Source: Methylococcales bacterium (GTDB taxonomy: Bacteria; Pseudomonadota; Gammaproteobacteria; Methylococcales; DRLZ01). Taken from it: a stretch of 64,000 bases of DNA. Within the stretch, counting starts at the first letter, position 1. The number at the start of each line of letters is the position of its first letter. A program made the translations under genes and the position numbers. The DNA lies in assembly GCA_965224565.1 (NCBI GenBank), contig CBDCZN010000002.1, positions 602,570-666,569 of the forward strand, in the 5' to 3' direction. Below are positions 1 through 10,260 of this stretch, one piece after another. The notes beneath the pieces were generated by a model. That model did no database searches and was not told the DNA's origin. It saw only the letters and a list, made by a program, of their open reading frames with translations.

Positions 1-2201
1 GTGCCAATAGGATTAGTATCCGTATCAGGGGTTAGTCCAATCTTGTCTGATCCACGCCATACTATTTCTATATTATTTGACAGGGCTGAACTGCCTTCAA
101 TAAGAGCAGAAGCTCGTACCATGTCTGTGCCTGGTCCATTCGCATCGGTATAGGTAAAAGAAGCTCTGCCTTGAGCATTTGTTGTTCTTGTTTCAACTTT
201 ATCTTTATTGGGTCCATCGGTGATAGAAAAAGACACTTCAAGATCTGGAATCGGATTGCTGTTGTCGTCTGATAGAATGGCATTCACCGTATGTGTTGTA
301 TTTGCCCGAATGGTGACTGTCTCAGGAAATAGAAAGACCCCGTTTGCAAACCATATTTTCTCTACGATTTTTGAATCGACAGGCTTTCCTGCTGCATTAA
401 GAAAAGAAGCTTGTAGCTGGTCTGTTCCTGGTCCTTCCGTGTCCCTGTAGGTATAGGTGAATTTGCCTTGTACATCAGTTGTCCCGGTTCCGGTTTGGCC
501 GTCATTGGGTCCTGCAATAACTCTAAACAAAACATTTCGTTCTGGAATCGGGCTGTTATTGCTATCAGTAACATTTGCTGTCACCGTATCAGTCGTACCT
601 GCCGGATTAATCGCCATTTCAGGGGATAGCACAATTTCCTCGTCACGCCATCTGTTTTCTGCTGGATTTGACAGAACAGGGTCTCCTGCTGAATTTATAG
701 TTGAAGCGAGAATTGTGTCCTTGCCTGGTCCCTTTATGTCGGTGTACGTGAAAACTGCTTCGCCTTGATCATCTGTTGTCCCTGTACCTGTCTTGCCGTT
801 ATTGGGTCCTGCGATGATATTAAATCCAAATCCACGGCCTGCCGTCTCAACAGTTGAACCTGTACTGTCAACTAACAAAGCTGTCACTGTATGTTCTGTC
901 TTTACCGGATTAATTGCCGTATCTGGAGATAGTACGATGCCACTGGAACCGCGCCATACTTGTTCTACGATATTTGACACCTCAGAATTACCGACTGAAT
1001 CTGGGGCTGGAATAGACGCTTGTATTTTATCGGTGCCGGGTCCCTGTGTATCGGTATACATAAAAACAGCATTACCTTGTGCATCAGTTGTCCCTGAGCC
1101 TGTTGTACCACGATTGGGTCCGGATAGAATGTTAAAATCAACAGCACGATTTATAACGCTGGAATTGGGCTCAGCCACCCTGGCAATGACTGTATGTTTT
1201 GTTTTTACTGGTCTCGTTGACGTCGCAGGGGATAACAATATTGACTTTTTAGCGCTCGCAACAGTTGATAACTTAAAATAGGCGAAAAACATCAGATCAT
1301 CGTCTGATGGGTTTTTCATGGATACTTTTAAACCAGTATCCCCCAATTCCAAAAACGGCAGCATTGTATACAACTCATCATCTAATCTGGTATTTCCTTT
1401 AGCTTGCTGTAGCAAGTCTGGATTCGTATTGCTGTCTCCGATTCCACCAACAGTGATTAGCCCTCCGTGAATACCACCATCATTGTTCCCTCCTGCTGAA
1501 GAGGTTAATTGTTTACCATTCACATCAATCACTTTGAACTGCTTGCCACCTTGTGAGCCGGCTTCTTGATGGCTAAACCCAATACCCAGTCCCATATCAG
1601 CCACTGTGCTCGAATCAGCCTGATCAATAGGCCCTGAAAAAGCAATCTCAAAACTATCTCCATTTGGCGATTGTGCACCGTGCATCAAGATGATCGTTTG
1701 TTCTTTTGTCTCGGTTGGGTCATCGAAAACCACCACAAGAACCTCACCATCAATATTAAACCTGATTGTTTCTGTTTCGGTGATAGTAAAGCTCATAACG
1801 CCGGCAGGAGAAGCGTCTAAAATTGGTTTGACCAGTGCTGTAACATCTGCACGACAGGAAATAAGGTTTTCCTGGGGGATGATTGGATCAGAACAAAAAT
1901 TCCATTTAACGGATTCACCGTTGAGCTGAATATCTCCGTCGTTGATGTTTATATTATTGGAAGATTCCATGAGGAAAGCTTTCCTCACAGTAGCTCCAGT
2001 ACTCGGTTTAGCTACATCGATTGTGTGGCCAGCAATGTTATCTGAGCCTGCTCCATCAACTGATGTAAAGATTTTTCCATTCGCTGAATAAAACTCTTCG
2101 AAAGCAGCGAATGAGAGTGAAGGCATTATCCAGACTGACATTAGTAGAATCATTATTGCCAGTTTGAATTTTAGTTTTATTATCTCAAAATTATATTTCA
2201 T
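1..2201 (-). CDS. Secreted repeat protein, 5' part only (continues past window start): signal peptide, unique N-terminal region, then tandem ~100-aa Ig-like (Big-type) repeats
   Basis: Absent from the ORF track because it runs off the edge. Manual minus-strand translation from the ATG at 2201 gives MKYNFEIIKLKFKLAIMILLMSVWIMPSLSFAAFEE (signal-peptide-like). The frame was spot-checked open at 1260-1340 (DLVLKVSMKNPSDDDLMFFAYFKLSTV) and 51-122 (MVRASALIEGSSALSNNIEIVWRG). A ~300-bp DNA periodicity (motifs at about 215, 505, 815, 1120) encodes strands such as AGPNDGQTGTGTTDVQGKFTYTYRD. The + strand ORFs at 208-1281 are its antisense shadow. The whole frame was not checked codon by codon. Confidence 0.6.
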   Translation of the reverse strand, partial: MKYNFEIIKLKFKLAIMILLMSVWIMPSLSFAAFEEFYSANGKIFTSVDGAGSDNIAGHTIDVAKPSTGATVRKAFLMESSNNININDGDIQLNGESVKWNFCSDPIIPQENLISCRADVTALVKPILDASPAGVMSFTITETETIRFNIDGEVLVVVFDDPTETKEQTIILMHGAQSPNGDSFEIAFSGPIDQADSSTVADMGLGIGFSHQEAGSQGGKQFKVIDVNGKQLTSSAGGNNDGGIHGGLITVGGIGDSNTNPDLLQQAKGNTRLDDELYTMLPFLELGDTGLKVSMKNPSDDDLMFFAYFKLSTVASAKKSILLSPATSTRPVKTKHTVIARVAEPNSSVINRAVDFNILSGPNRGTTGSGTTDAQGNAVFMYTDTQGPGTDKIQASIPAPDSVGNSEVSNIVEQVWRGSSGIVLSPDTAINPVKTEHTVTALLVDSTGSTVETAGRGFGFNIIAGPNNGKTGTGTTDDQGEAVFTYTDIKGPGKDTILASTINSAGDPVLSNPAENRWRDEEIVLSPEMAINPAGTTDTVTANVTDSNNSPIPERNVLFRVIAGPNDGQTGTGTTDVQGKFTYTYRDTEGPGTDQLQASFLNAAGKPVDSKIVEKIWFANGVFLFPETVTIRANTTHTVNAILSDDNSNPIPDLEVSFSITDGPNKDKVETRTTNAQGRASFTYTDANGPGTDMVRASALIEGSSALSNNIEIVWRGSDKIGLTPDTDTNPIG

Positions 2202-3157
2202 AAGTGTATCCGGTAGTATTCGATATGGTTTTTATTGAAAATTATGTTCGTTATGTTGAATGTCAGCTGGTCAAGAAACGGAATTGAAGCCCCTTATATT
2301 AGATCTCTATATATTTAATCAATAGCATACACATCAGCCGTTATCTATAAGCGACATTTTTTAGCTGAAAAGCATGTTAAAACAGTAAGAATAGTGTTTG
2401 AAGAAGCCGCTACAAAATTGATTTTCATATCAGACTTTAATATTGTTAATATGATCAATCACTTAAAATGACAAAGATAGCGATTGAGTCTATACATTTC
2501 TGAACGCTTGTATTTTTTTACGATGCAATGAAATAATACAGTGAGCAGCAAAAGTCAAAAAAATCAGGCTAATCTTGTCGCTCACCCTAACATGCACAAT
2601 GTACGAATTCACGTGAATATTCACCATTGACATTTTACAACACAATTATGCAGCTATAAACAACACTATATGATTGTTGTTTATTGATTATTTCAATATT
2701 AGTGTAAGGCAGAGGAGGGTGTGACAAGTGTATTTTATGAGAGAATTATGATTAATAATGCTGATATTAATCATTTGGAGATCATTCACCAGGATTTGCA
2801 TACAGTCTCATTGAGAAGAGATTGCATGTAATACTATTCCCAGTCCATAGGGTATGTGAACATTTTTGAGCCCACTTTTTACGCAACAATGCTGTCTTCA
2901 GTGAGACATTGAATAACTTCTTAATATTCTGATAATACTCAATACATAGAAAAATTGAGCTGATGATAAATATCAGAGTTGTATGGGGGAGGATTAATAA
3001 AGCGGGGATGCTCAACGACATTGTGAATTATCGGCAATCTGAAGATATCGAGGCATTCTTCAGGGAAGATAGTCAGTAGTAAAGTAAGAACTACTGATTC
3101 GAGATTGCTCAACAAGACTGATGGTGACATATTACTTGAGTTGTGCGATGTTGACTT

Positions 3158-3299
3158 AGAACCTGTTCAAGATCTCGCTGAATGGCGCATCACTGCGTTA
3201 AAACTGGACTCAAAATGCTCACATACTCCAGTATGCTGTGCTTTCTCGTCCACTTTTGCCTTGTGCTGCATCCATTGATCAAGATCTTGAACAGGTTCT
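3158..3299. repeat. ~142-bp imperfect palindromic (MITE/ERIC-like) element
   Basis: Perfect 17-bp terminal inverted repeat: agaacctgttcaagatc (3158-3174) versus gatcttgaacaggttct (3283-3299). Inner arms also pair imperfectly (tgaatggcgcatcac versus the reverse complement of gtgctgcatccattga). Confidence 0.6.
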
Positions 3300-3354
3300 T
3301 ACAAAACAAGCAATACAGAATCAAATTGAAAAACAACTACCAAAACGACTAAAT

Positions 3355-3678
3355 TCAGGATACCAATTCCCCGCCACGCATCTTACATTTAACCGCTGAT
3401 GTTTGCACAGTGCGTCTCGGTGTTAAATAGGTGAAATTTGAGCCAATCTTTCTAAGCTGTCCGGGAAGTAAACATTTACTCATTCGCTCGCTAGAAACAG
3501 TATCTGCCTTTGCCAAGTGAACAGATGTATCCGGTTTGTGATTGCTAGAACCACATGCCGTTATACTCAGAAGTACAGCGCATAAAAAACAGGTTTTGAA
3601 GCGAATAGTGCTCGCGTTGAGCGAGCCGAGACTAACTACTTTTATCATTGCATACACCCACAAAAAACGTATAGACAT
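3355..3678 (-). CDS. Hypothetical small lipoprotein
   Basis: 107-aa ORF with a hydrophobic N-terminus and a lipobox-like LLSITAC-GSS. The true start is possibly the internal Met (MIKVV). No family recognised. Confidence 0.4.
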   Translation of the reverse strand: MSIRFLWVYAMIKVVSLGSLNASTIRFKTCFLCAVLLSITACGSSNHKPDTSVHLAKADTVSSERMSKCLLPGQLRKIGSNFTYLTPRRTVQTSAVKCKMRGGELVS

Positions 3679-4229
3679 TACAAGTGTAGTTAACTTTCAG
3701 CATATGATTAGAGAACGGGGTCAAAAATATAGAGATATTTATTGTAGTTCGTTGAAATATAATTAAATACTGTATTTTCGTTTGGCGAATATGTTTGTCT
3801 GGCAACTACAAATTATCGAACTGACACCTGATTTTAAACACGCATTTCCATGTGGAATGAAGGAAAAATGGATTGTTTGATTGGAATTACAATGCTGTGA
3901 AAGCCTATGGTAAAAACCCGTGTTGATTATATTCACGCATTCACATCGGTTGAAGTCTTGCAGTGTTCTAGAAATAGTTACTTGGTAACTGCTCACATCT
4001 AGTGATATACCGCTCGATGGTGAAACCCGAGCATTCCGAAAGTAACAATCGGATGGGTTTTAAGCAGCAAACAAGGTAAAATATTCCCTAAGTGCAAATT
4101 GACTTGCAGAAGTCTGAGTAGCTAGTAGAACAGTGTTCGCATGTTATTTGACACGATGCTTTGATATTTGAAACACACCTGAAAGTGTATCAATTATGAT
4201 AAAAAAGATTTTATTAGAAGGATCGCTAG

Positions 4230-5486
4230 ATGACTGAATTCACAGAAGTACCCAGTCCTTTTTGCGGCATAGGCACTGACGATCTGGCCATCAAGGTTGA
4301 TGGTGTGTCGGTGACAGTCAGCAACAATGGCTGTGCTGTTAATACACCCGCATTTGAACAAGCAATAACAGATACCAGCCCGAGAATTGATGGCAAAGAA
4401 GTTAGCTTGGGTAAAGCTGTTGCGAAAGCAGCTGATATATTAAGAGATACCAATCAACCAGTGATTGGTGGCTGCGCAACCGATGTTAATGGTATGCGAT
4501 CGCTGCTGGCTCTGGCTGATCGTAATGGCGCAGTGGTTGATAACATGAGTTTTAATGCTGCGCGCCGTAACATTCTGGCAATGCAGGATTCGGGCTGGAT
4601 GAATACCACGCTGGCTGAAATTAAGAATCGTTGTGATGTGTTGTTGGTTATTGGTGTTGATCTTGAAGCGTTTTCCCCGCGTTTTTTTGACTTGTTTATC
4701 TGGAACCAGGAATCCATGTTTGTGGATGATACCAGTCAGCGTGAGATTATCTTTTTGGGGAAAGCACCTGCCGGAAAAGCCGCTGTTTCTCCTGACAAGC
4801 GACAGCCAAAGCTGATCGAGTGTGCTGATGCCGTATTACCTGACGTGGTTGCCGTACTCAGGGCTTTGGTTAAAGACAAACCTGTATTGGTTTCTGAGGT
4901 GGGTGGAAATGCGATTGCTGATTTACAACAATTGGCGGATACATTAAAAAAAGCCAGTTATGGCGTGATTACCTGGGCGGCAGGGGCATTGGATTATGAT
5001 CATGCTGAATTGACAGTGCAAACTGTGTGTGAGCTGGTTAAAGATTTGAATGCAGAAACACGTTGCTCTGGTTTTCCATTGGGTGGTCGTGAAGGTGATC
5101 AAACTGCTAATCAGGTTTGCGGCTGGATCACCGGATATCCGGCACGTAGTCGTTTTTCCAGTGGCTTTCCTGAATATGATCCTTTCCTAAATGATATTAA
5201 TGTAATGCTGGCCAATGGCGAAGCAGATGCTCTGGTTTGGGTTCAGGCATTTAATGCGCAAGCACGTCCACCTGAGACGTCCATTCCAACCATCGTCGTT
5301 GGTCGTTCCGGGATGACCTTTGATAAAGAACCCGATGTATTTATTCCAATCGGCACACCGGGCATTGATCATGCCGGTCATGCTTATCGTCTGGATAATG
5401 TAGTGGCGATTCGCTTGAAAAAACTCAGAGATTCTGGTTTGCCTAGTACCGCAGATGTACTTACAGCCCTCGAACAAGCCTTGTAG
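4230..5486 (+). CDS. fhcB: Formyltransferase/hydrolase complex subunit B (formylmethanofuran dehydrogenase subunit B-like)
   Basis: 418-aa ORF, first gene of a four-gene cluster with FwdA-, Ftr- and FwdC-like genes. The N-terminus PFCGIGTDDLAIKVDG is FwdB-like. Confidence 0.85.
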   Translation: MTEFTEVPSPFCGIGTDDLAIKVDGVSVTVSNNGCAVNTPAFEQAITDTSPRIDGKEVSLGKAVAKAADILRDTNQPVIGGCATDVNGMRSLLALADRNGAVVDNMSFNAARRNILAMQDSGWMNTTLAEIKNRCDVLLVIGVDLEAFSPRFFDLFIWNQESMFVDDTSQREIIFLGKAPAGKAAVSPDKRQPKLIECADAVLPDVVAVLRALVKDKPVLVSEVGGNAIADLQQLADTLKKASYGVITWAAGALDYDHAELTVQTVCELVKDLNAETRCSGFPLGGREGDQTANQVCGWITGYPARSRFSSGFPEYDPFLNDINVMLANGEADALVWVQAFNAQARPPETSIPTIVVGRSGMTFDKEPDVFIPIGTPGIDHAGHAYRLDNVVAIRLKKLRDSGLPSTADVLTALEQAL

Positions 5487-5498
5487 GAAAATAAAACT

Positions 5499-7163
5499 AT
5501 GTTAACAAAATTAACAGGTGGAATTGTCTATGATCCTACAAACGGGGTTGATGGCAAGAAGCTGGATATATACATCAAAGACGGGCGCATTGTTAAGCAG
5601 CCCAAGAATGCCAAGGTTGATAAAGAATACAACATCAATGGCAAAGTGGTGATGGCTGGTGCCATTGATTTGCATACCCATATCGGTGGTGGCAAAGGCA
5701 ATATTGCCAGAATTCTGATGCCGGAAAATCACCGCGAAGACCCTGTTGCCAGAACCAGCATCACCCGCTCTGGCACTGGTCATGCCATGCCAAGCACTCA
5801 TGTCACTGGCTATCGTTATGCTGAAATGGGTTATACCGCAGGTTTTGAACCAGCTGTGTTGCCGGTTAATGCCAGGCAAGCGCATATGGAAATGGCAGAC
5901 ATCCCGATTCTTGATAAAGGCGGCTATGTCATGCTTGGCAGTGATGATTATTTGCTACGCATGATGACCGCCAAAAAAGATCAGCAAGCAATTAATGATT
6001 ATGTAGCATGGACATTGCGAGCGGCGCAAGGGGTCGGCATTAAAGTGGTGAATCCGGGCGGGATTAATGCGTTCAAATTTAACCAGCGCAAACTGGATCT
6101 TGATGAAGATAATGTTCACTATAAGGTGACGCCACGCGATATTCTGAGGACATTGGCAACAGCTGTAAAACAACTGGGAATTCCACATCCATTACATGTA
6201 CATGGCTGTAATCTGGGTGTGCCGGGAAATATGGAGACTACCTTAAATTCGATTCAAGCAGTCGATGGTCTGCCGATGCATTTAACCCACATCCAGTTCC
6301 ATAGTTACGGAGCTGAGGGTGATTTCAAATTTTCATCCGGTGCAGCGCAAATCGCAGAAGCCATCAATGGCAATAAAAACATCTCTCTGGATGTGGGACA
6401 AATCATGTTCGGGCAGACCATTACAGCGTCTGGCGATAATATGCGCCAATACGCCAATCACGGCTTTGCCAATCCCAATAAATGGGTGTGTATGGATATT
6501 GAGTGCGATGCTGGTTGTGGTTTGGTGCCATTTAAGTACAGAGATCAAAACTTTGTCAATGCGCTGCAATGGGCGATTGGTCTGGAGATTTTCCTGCTGG
6601 TTGACGATCCATGGCGGATTTTTCTCACCACAGATCACCCCAATGGCGCACCGTTTACCACCTATCCGCATTTGATCCGGTTGCTGATGGATAAGAGTTT
6701 CCGCAATGATATGTTGGCAACCATTCATCCTGAAGCGCAGAAAATGACCACCCTGGCTTCTATCGAACGCGAGTATTCATTGCAGGAAATTGCCATTTTA
6801 ACCCGTGCTGGCGCTGCCAAAATAACCGGTCTGGTGAATCGCGGTAGTTTGGGCGACGGCGACTGGGCAGATATTACTGTGTACACAGACAATGCTGATC
6901 GAGAGGCGATGTTTGAAACACCTGATTTTGTATTCAAAGATGGTGAATTGGTTGTTGAAGATGGCGAGGTTGTCAAAGTAACCTGGGGAACCACCCATGT
7001 TGTCAGGCCGGAATATGATGTATCCGTGGAAAAGCATTTAAAAGATTATTTCGAACGCTATATGACCATGAAGGTTGGTAATTTCAAAATTAGCGATGAT
7101 GAAATCACCGAAGATGGCAGAGGTAGCCTGACCGTGCATCCAACCGTTGGAGGTGCGCAATGA
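5499..7163 (+). CDS. fhcA: Formyltransferase/hydrolase complex subunit A (FwdA-like amidohydrolase)
   Basis: 554 aa with the amidohydrolase metal motif DLHTHIGGGK and HVHGCNLG. It lies 12 bp after fhcB. Confidence 0.9.
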   Translation: MLTKLTGGIVYDPTNGVDGKKLDIYIKDGRIVKQPKNAKVDKEYNINGKVVMAGAIDLHTHIGGGKGNIARILMPENHREDPVARTSITRSGTGHAMPSTHVTGYRYAEMGYTAGFEPAVLPVNARQAHMEMADIPILDKGGYVMLGSDDYLLRMMTAKKDQQAINDYVAWTLRAAQGVGIKVVNPGGINAFKFNQRKLDLDEDNVHYKVTPRDILRTLATAVKQLGIPHPLHVHGCNLGVPGNMETTLNSIQAVDGLPMHLTHIQFHSYGAEGDFKFSSGAAQIAEAINGNKNISLDVGQIMFGQTITASGDNMRQYANHGFANPNKWVCMDIECDAGCGLVPFKYRDQNFVNALQWAIGLEIFLLVDDPWRIFLTTDHPNGAPFTTYPHLIRLLMDKSFRNDMLATIHPEAQKMTTLASIEREYSLQEIAILTRAGAAKITGLVNRGSLGDGDWADITVYTDNADREAMFETPDFVFKDGELVVEDGEVVKVTWGTTHVVRPEYDVSVEKHLKDYFERYMTMKVGNFKISDDEITEDGRGSLTVHPTVGGAQ

Positions 7164-8056
7164 TTATCAACGGTGTCACCATTGATGAAACCTTCGCTGA
7201 AGCGTTTCCGATGAAAGCAACGCGGGTAATCATCACCGCGCACACAGAACAATGGGCGTGGAATTCTGCACTGTCAATGACCGGCTTTGCTACCTCGGTC
7301 ATTGGTTGTGGCTGTGAAGCTGATATTGAACGCAAACTTGATCCATCAGAAACACCGGATGGACGTCCAGGTGTCTCCGCCATGTTATTTGCCATGGGCA
7401 GCAAAGCCTTAATGAAGCAGGTAGAAACGCGTGCTGGACAGACTGTATTAACCTCGCCAGGATCAGCGTTATTTGCCGGAATTGATGGCGGCGATCGTAT
7501 TCCCTTGGGTAAAAACCTGCGTTATTTTGGTGATGGTTTTCAGACTTCAAAATTGATTAATGACAAACGTTATTGGCGTATTCCAGTGATGGATGGTGAG
7601 TTTCTTGTCGAAGAAACAACAGGTAAGGTCAATGCGATTGGTGGTGGTAACTTGCTGGTGATGGCCGAGTCACTGGAAGTGGCTTTGGATGCCAGTGAAA
7701 AAGCTGTAGAGGCGATGAGAAAGATTCCTAATATCATCCTGCCTTTTCCAGGCGGCGTGGTACGTTCAGGCTCGAAAGTTGGCTCCAAATACGCTGCGCT
7801 ACACGCTTCAACCAATGATGCTTTTTGTCCGACATTAAAAGGCGTGACCAAATCTGAACTCTCCGCTGATATTGAATCGGTGCTGGAAATCGTGATTGAT
7901 GGATTAACCGAAGAAGATATCAACAAAGCCATGCGTATTGGCATTGAGACGTTTTGTTCCATCGGCGCATACAACGGCATCAAACGCATTAGTGCGGGAA
8001 ATTATGGTGGTAAATTAGGTCCTCATCACTTTCATTTGCGGGAGATTATGGAATGA
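7160..8056 (+). CDS. fhcD: Formylmethanofuran--tetrahydromethanopterin N-formyltransferase
   Basis: 298 aa with the Ftr-type N-terminus MIINGVTIDETFAEAFPMKATRVIITA. Its start overlaps the fhcA stop by 4 nt. Confidence 0.9.
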   Translation: MIINGVTIDETFAEAFPMKATRVIITAHTEQWAWNSALSMTGFATSVIGCGCEADIERKLDPSETPDGRPGVSAMLFAMGSKALMKQVETRAGQTVLTSPGSALFAGIDGGDRIPLGKNLRYFGDGFQTSKLINDKRYWRIPVMDGEFLVEETTGKVNAIGGGNLLVMAESLEVALDASEKAVEAMRKIPNIILPFPGGVVRSGSKVGSKYAALHASTNDAFCPTLKGVTKSELSADIESVLEIVIDGLTEEDINKAMRIGIETFCSIGAYNGIKRISAGNYGGKLGPHHFHLREIME

Positions 8057-8865
8057 AGCCATTAACGTTAAACGTAAAAAAAACACCTGCTCAGCGCGTG
8101 GATATGTCTCCGTTGGTTTGTCAACAACTGACTGGTAAAAAGACCGTTGATATTGGGAAAATCACTTTGCAATGCGGAAAAAGTCTGATTCGAGTTGATG
8201 AATTGTTTAATCTCAGCGGTGACGATACCTCACATATTGTGATTAAAAACAGTCACGACAAACTGGATTACATTGGTAAAGAACTGGATGGTGGTGAAAT
8301 CGTTGTTGAAGGTGATGTCGGCGCTTATCTGGGGATGAGCATGCAATCTGGAACAATCAATGTCTCAGGCAACACCGGAATTTATGCAGCCTGTGAAATG
8401 AGCAAGGGTTTGCTGCAAATTGATGGCAATGCGGGCGATTTTGTTGGCGGGGCATTACCAGGTAATAAAAAAGGCATGAAAGGTGGAACTGTTCTAATTA
8501 AAGGTAACGTCGGAGATCGTGCTGGTGACCGTATGCGCCGCGGAATCTTATTAGTCGAAGGTGATGCTGGAGATTATTGTGGTTCCAGAATGATTGCCGG
8601 AACGATTGCAGTGATGGGTAAAACAGGACAACACATCGGCTATAACATGCGTCGCGGCACATTATTGTTATGGCAACAACCTGAAATACCACCTACATTC
8701 AATGATTGCGGGTTGCATAGCCTGGCTTTTTTACCGATCTTGTTTGCATCATTTAGACATCTAAACTCAAAGTTTGCAGAGTCTGGTATTGCGTTTAATA
8801 GGGCACGACGCTATGGGGGTGATATTTCAGAAATTGCACGTGGAGAACTGTTGGTAAAAATCTAA
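8053..8865 (+). CDS. fhcC: Formyltransferase/hydrolase complex subunit C (FwdC-like)
   Basis: 270 aa with repeated G-rich beta-helix motifs (GDVGAYLGMSMQSGTINVSGNTG, DGNAGDFVGG, GNVGDRAGDRMRRG) typical of FwdC/GXGXG proteins. 4-nt overlap with fhcD. Confidence 0.85.
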   Translation: MKPLTLNVKKTPAQRVDMSPLVCQQLTGKKTVDIGKITLQCGKSLIRVDELFNLSGDDTSHIVIKNSHDKLDYIGKELDGGEIVVEGDVGAYLGMSMQSGTINVSGNTGIYAACEMSKGLLQIDGNAGDFVGGALPGNKKGMKGGTVLIKGNVGDRAGDRMRRGILLVEGDAGDYCGSRMIAGTIAVMGKTGQHIGYNMRRGTLLLWQQPEIPPTFNDCGLHSLAFLPILFASFRHLNSKFAESGIAFNRARRYGGDISEIARGELLVKI

Positions 8866-8971
8866 TTTGAAAGTTACTAAAGTTTGAGGCTCTTTGGTAC
8901 AAATAATCGTAACGAAACAGCTTTGTAAGTTATGTTGCTTTGCAGTCAAACAGACAGCTAGTCTATTTGAC

Positions 8972-9994
8972 TTAAGTTTTATCCTTTGTCGAACTACTGA
9001 TCGTTAATCTTGAATGGACATAAGTTCGAAAACCGTATAACCAGTTTTTCCAGTCCTTGCTATTACAAAGTTCCTGACCGACAACTGTTTGTTTGCAGTG
9101 AATGTCCAAAAATATTGTTGATTGATTAATCGTTTTCTTGATTAGAACAGCACTTACACCAATATCGTTTTGGTTTGCAGGAGCAGTTGTACTCATGACC
9201 AGGTTAGAGTCAGTAATTAACTTTTTGCCGCTTGGGTTGTTTATCAGATACTCTTTTGTGAGTTGCCATGCTTTTAGGCATTCTTGGTTAGATGTACAGG
9301 TAGCAATGCTTAATTCATCATCATTCTGGGAAGCATGTAATAGTTTTTGTGCATTGATTTTATTGTGCTGGTGGGCAACTATTTTTTTATAACGTTGTGC
9401 ATCTCTTGCATAGTTTTTTTGTAAATCTTCTCTTTTTTCGGAATGTTGTTTAACACTAGCTTCATATGAATTGATCTGGTTTTTTATTTCACTGATTTTG
9501 AAGACGACTGTTTGAGGTACTGAACGACCATTTTTTTCCCATTGTGCAGCAGATTTTTTTTGTTTCTTTAGCTGTTTATTTAGTTGTGAAATGCTGTTTT
9601 TGATGATTTTGAGTTTGGTATCAATAATAGCCAGTTTGTCGCCCAATGAGTTGGTGACATCCTCAAATGTAAACAACAGCAAACGATCACGAGCTGCTTG
9701 TTGCTCGATTAATTTTTTTTGTTGGAAGCGAAGCTTCTGGAGTCTACGTTCTTTCGCAAACTCTTGAGGTGTCTTGGGGCGCTCAATTGTTCTGACGGTA
9801 ACCCCTTGATCATTGATCTGATCTCGCCGATAGCCAGCATCTTCGGGAGGAACTTTATCCGAATAGTGGACGTTCCCTGCTTTATCTACCCAGCGATAGA
9901 GCAGACTATCCTGATTTGCTTGTGCCGAAGCACACACTAAAATAAATAGTATGGAAAGCAATTGAATAATGGTTTTTTTACAAAAAAGATTCAT
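8972..9994 (-). CDS. DUF4124 domain protein with signal peptide and long coiled-coil region
   Basis: 340 aa with a hydrophobic N-terminus and the motif YRWVDKAGNVHYSDKVP (DUF4124 signature), followed by a K/Q/E-rich helical region. Confidence 0.7.
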   Translation of the reverse strand: MNLFCKKTIIQLLSILFILVCASAQANQDSLLYRWVDKAGNVHYSDKVPPEDAGYRRDQINDQGVTVRTIERPKTPQEFAKERRLQKLRFQQKKLIEQQAARDRLLLFTFEDVTNSLGDKLAIIDTKLKIIKNSISQLNKQLKKQKKSAAQWEKNGRSVPQTVVFKISEIKNQINSYEASVKQHSEKREDLQKNYARDAQRYKKIVAHQHNKINAQKLLHASQNDDELSIATCTSNQECLKAWQLTKEYLINNPSGKKLITDSNLVMSTTAPANQNDIGVSAVLIKKTINQSTIFLDIHCKQTVVGQELCNSKDWKNWLYGFRTYVHSRLTISSSTKDKT

Positions 9995-10260
9995 TTAGGA
10001 TAAATTTTTTGTTAACTGGTTTGAATAGAAAAAGGATTAGAAAAACAATAAGTTTGTACTGGAGGATGCTTCTCTCACTCTAAAAGATTAGTTGATGAAC
10101 TGGTTACGTCAAGTTCTGCGGATAGATTAGATCAATGAATGGCTGAGTTTAAGAGTAGCGCAGTCATGTCGCAGTGTGGTGTCAGTATTATTAGAGGCCC
10201 CTTTAGGAATGCCGCATCGTTAATAAATGACAGCACATGGAAACAGCACCTTATTGACTG

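Noticed and set aside
208-1281. Three long + strand ORFs (80, 103 and 162 aa) with repetitive G/P/S/V-rich products
   Set aside because: They lie antisense to a continuous minus-strand frame that has a signal peptide and sensible Ig-like repeat sequence. Their repetitiveness mirrors the repeats of the real gene.
2782-3130. Two overlapping minus-strand ORFs (79 and 63 aa) and other short ORFs at 3542-3996
   Set aside because: The region is A+T-rich and intergenic. The ORFs have no recognisable motifs, no Shine-Dalgarno sequences, and overlap one another.
3105-3278. Possible Cys-rich RiPP-like precursor (…LEPVQDLAEWRITALKLDSKCSHTPVCCAFSSTFALCCIH-stop)
   Set aside because: It has no ATG and no convincing Shine-Dalgarno sequence (only a TTG), and there are no modifying enzymes nearby. 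The frame lies inside the 142-bp palindromic element at 3158-3299, which explains the open frame by chance.
4226-8692. Numerous 60-140 aa ORFs overlapping the fhc genes on both strands
   Set aside because: All are nested in or antisense to strongly supported fhcBADC coding frames.
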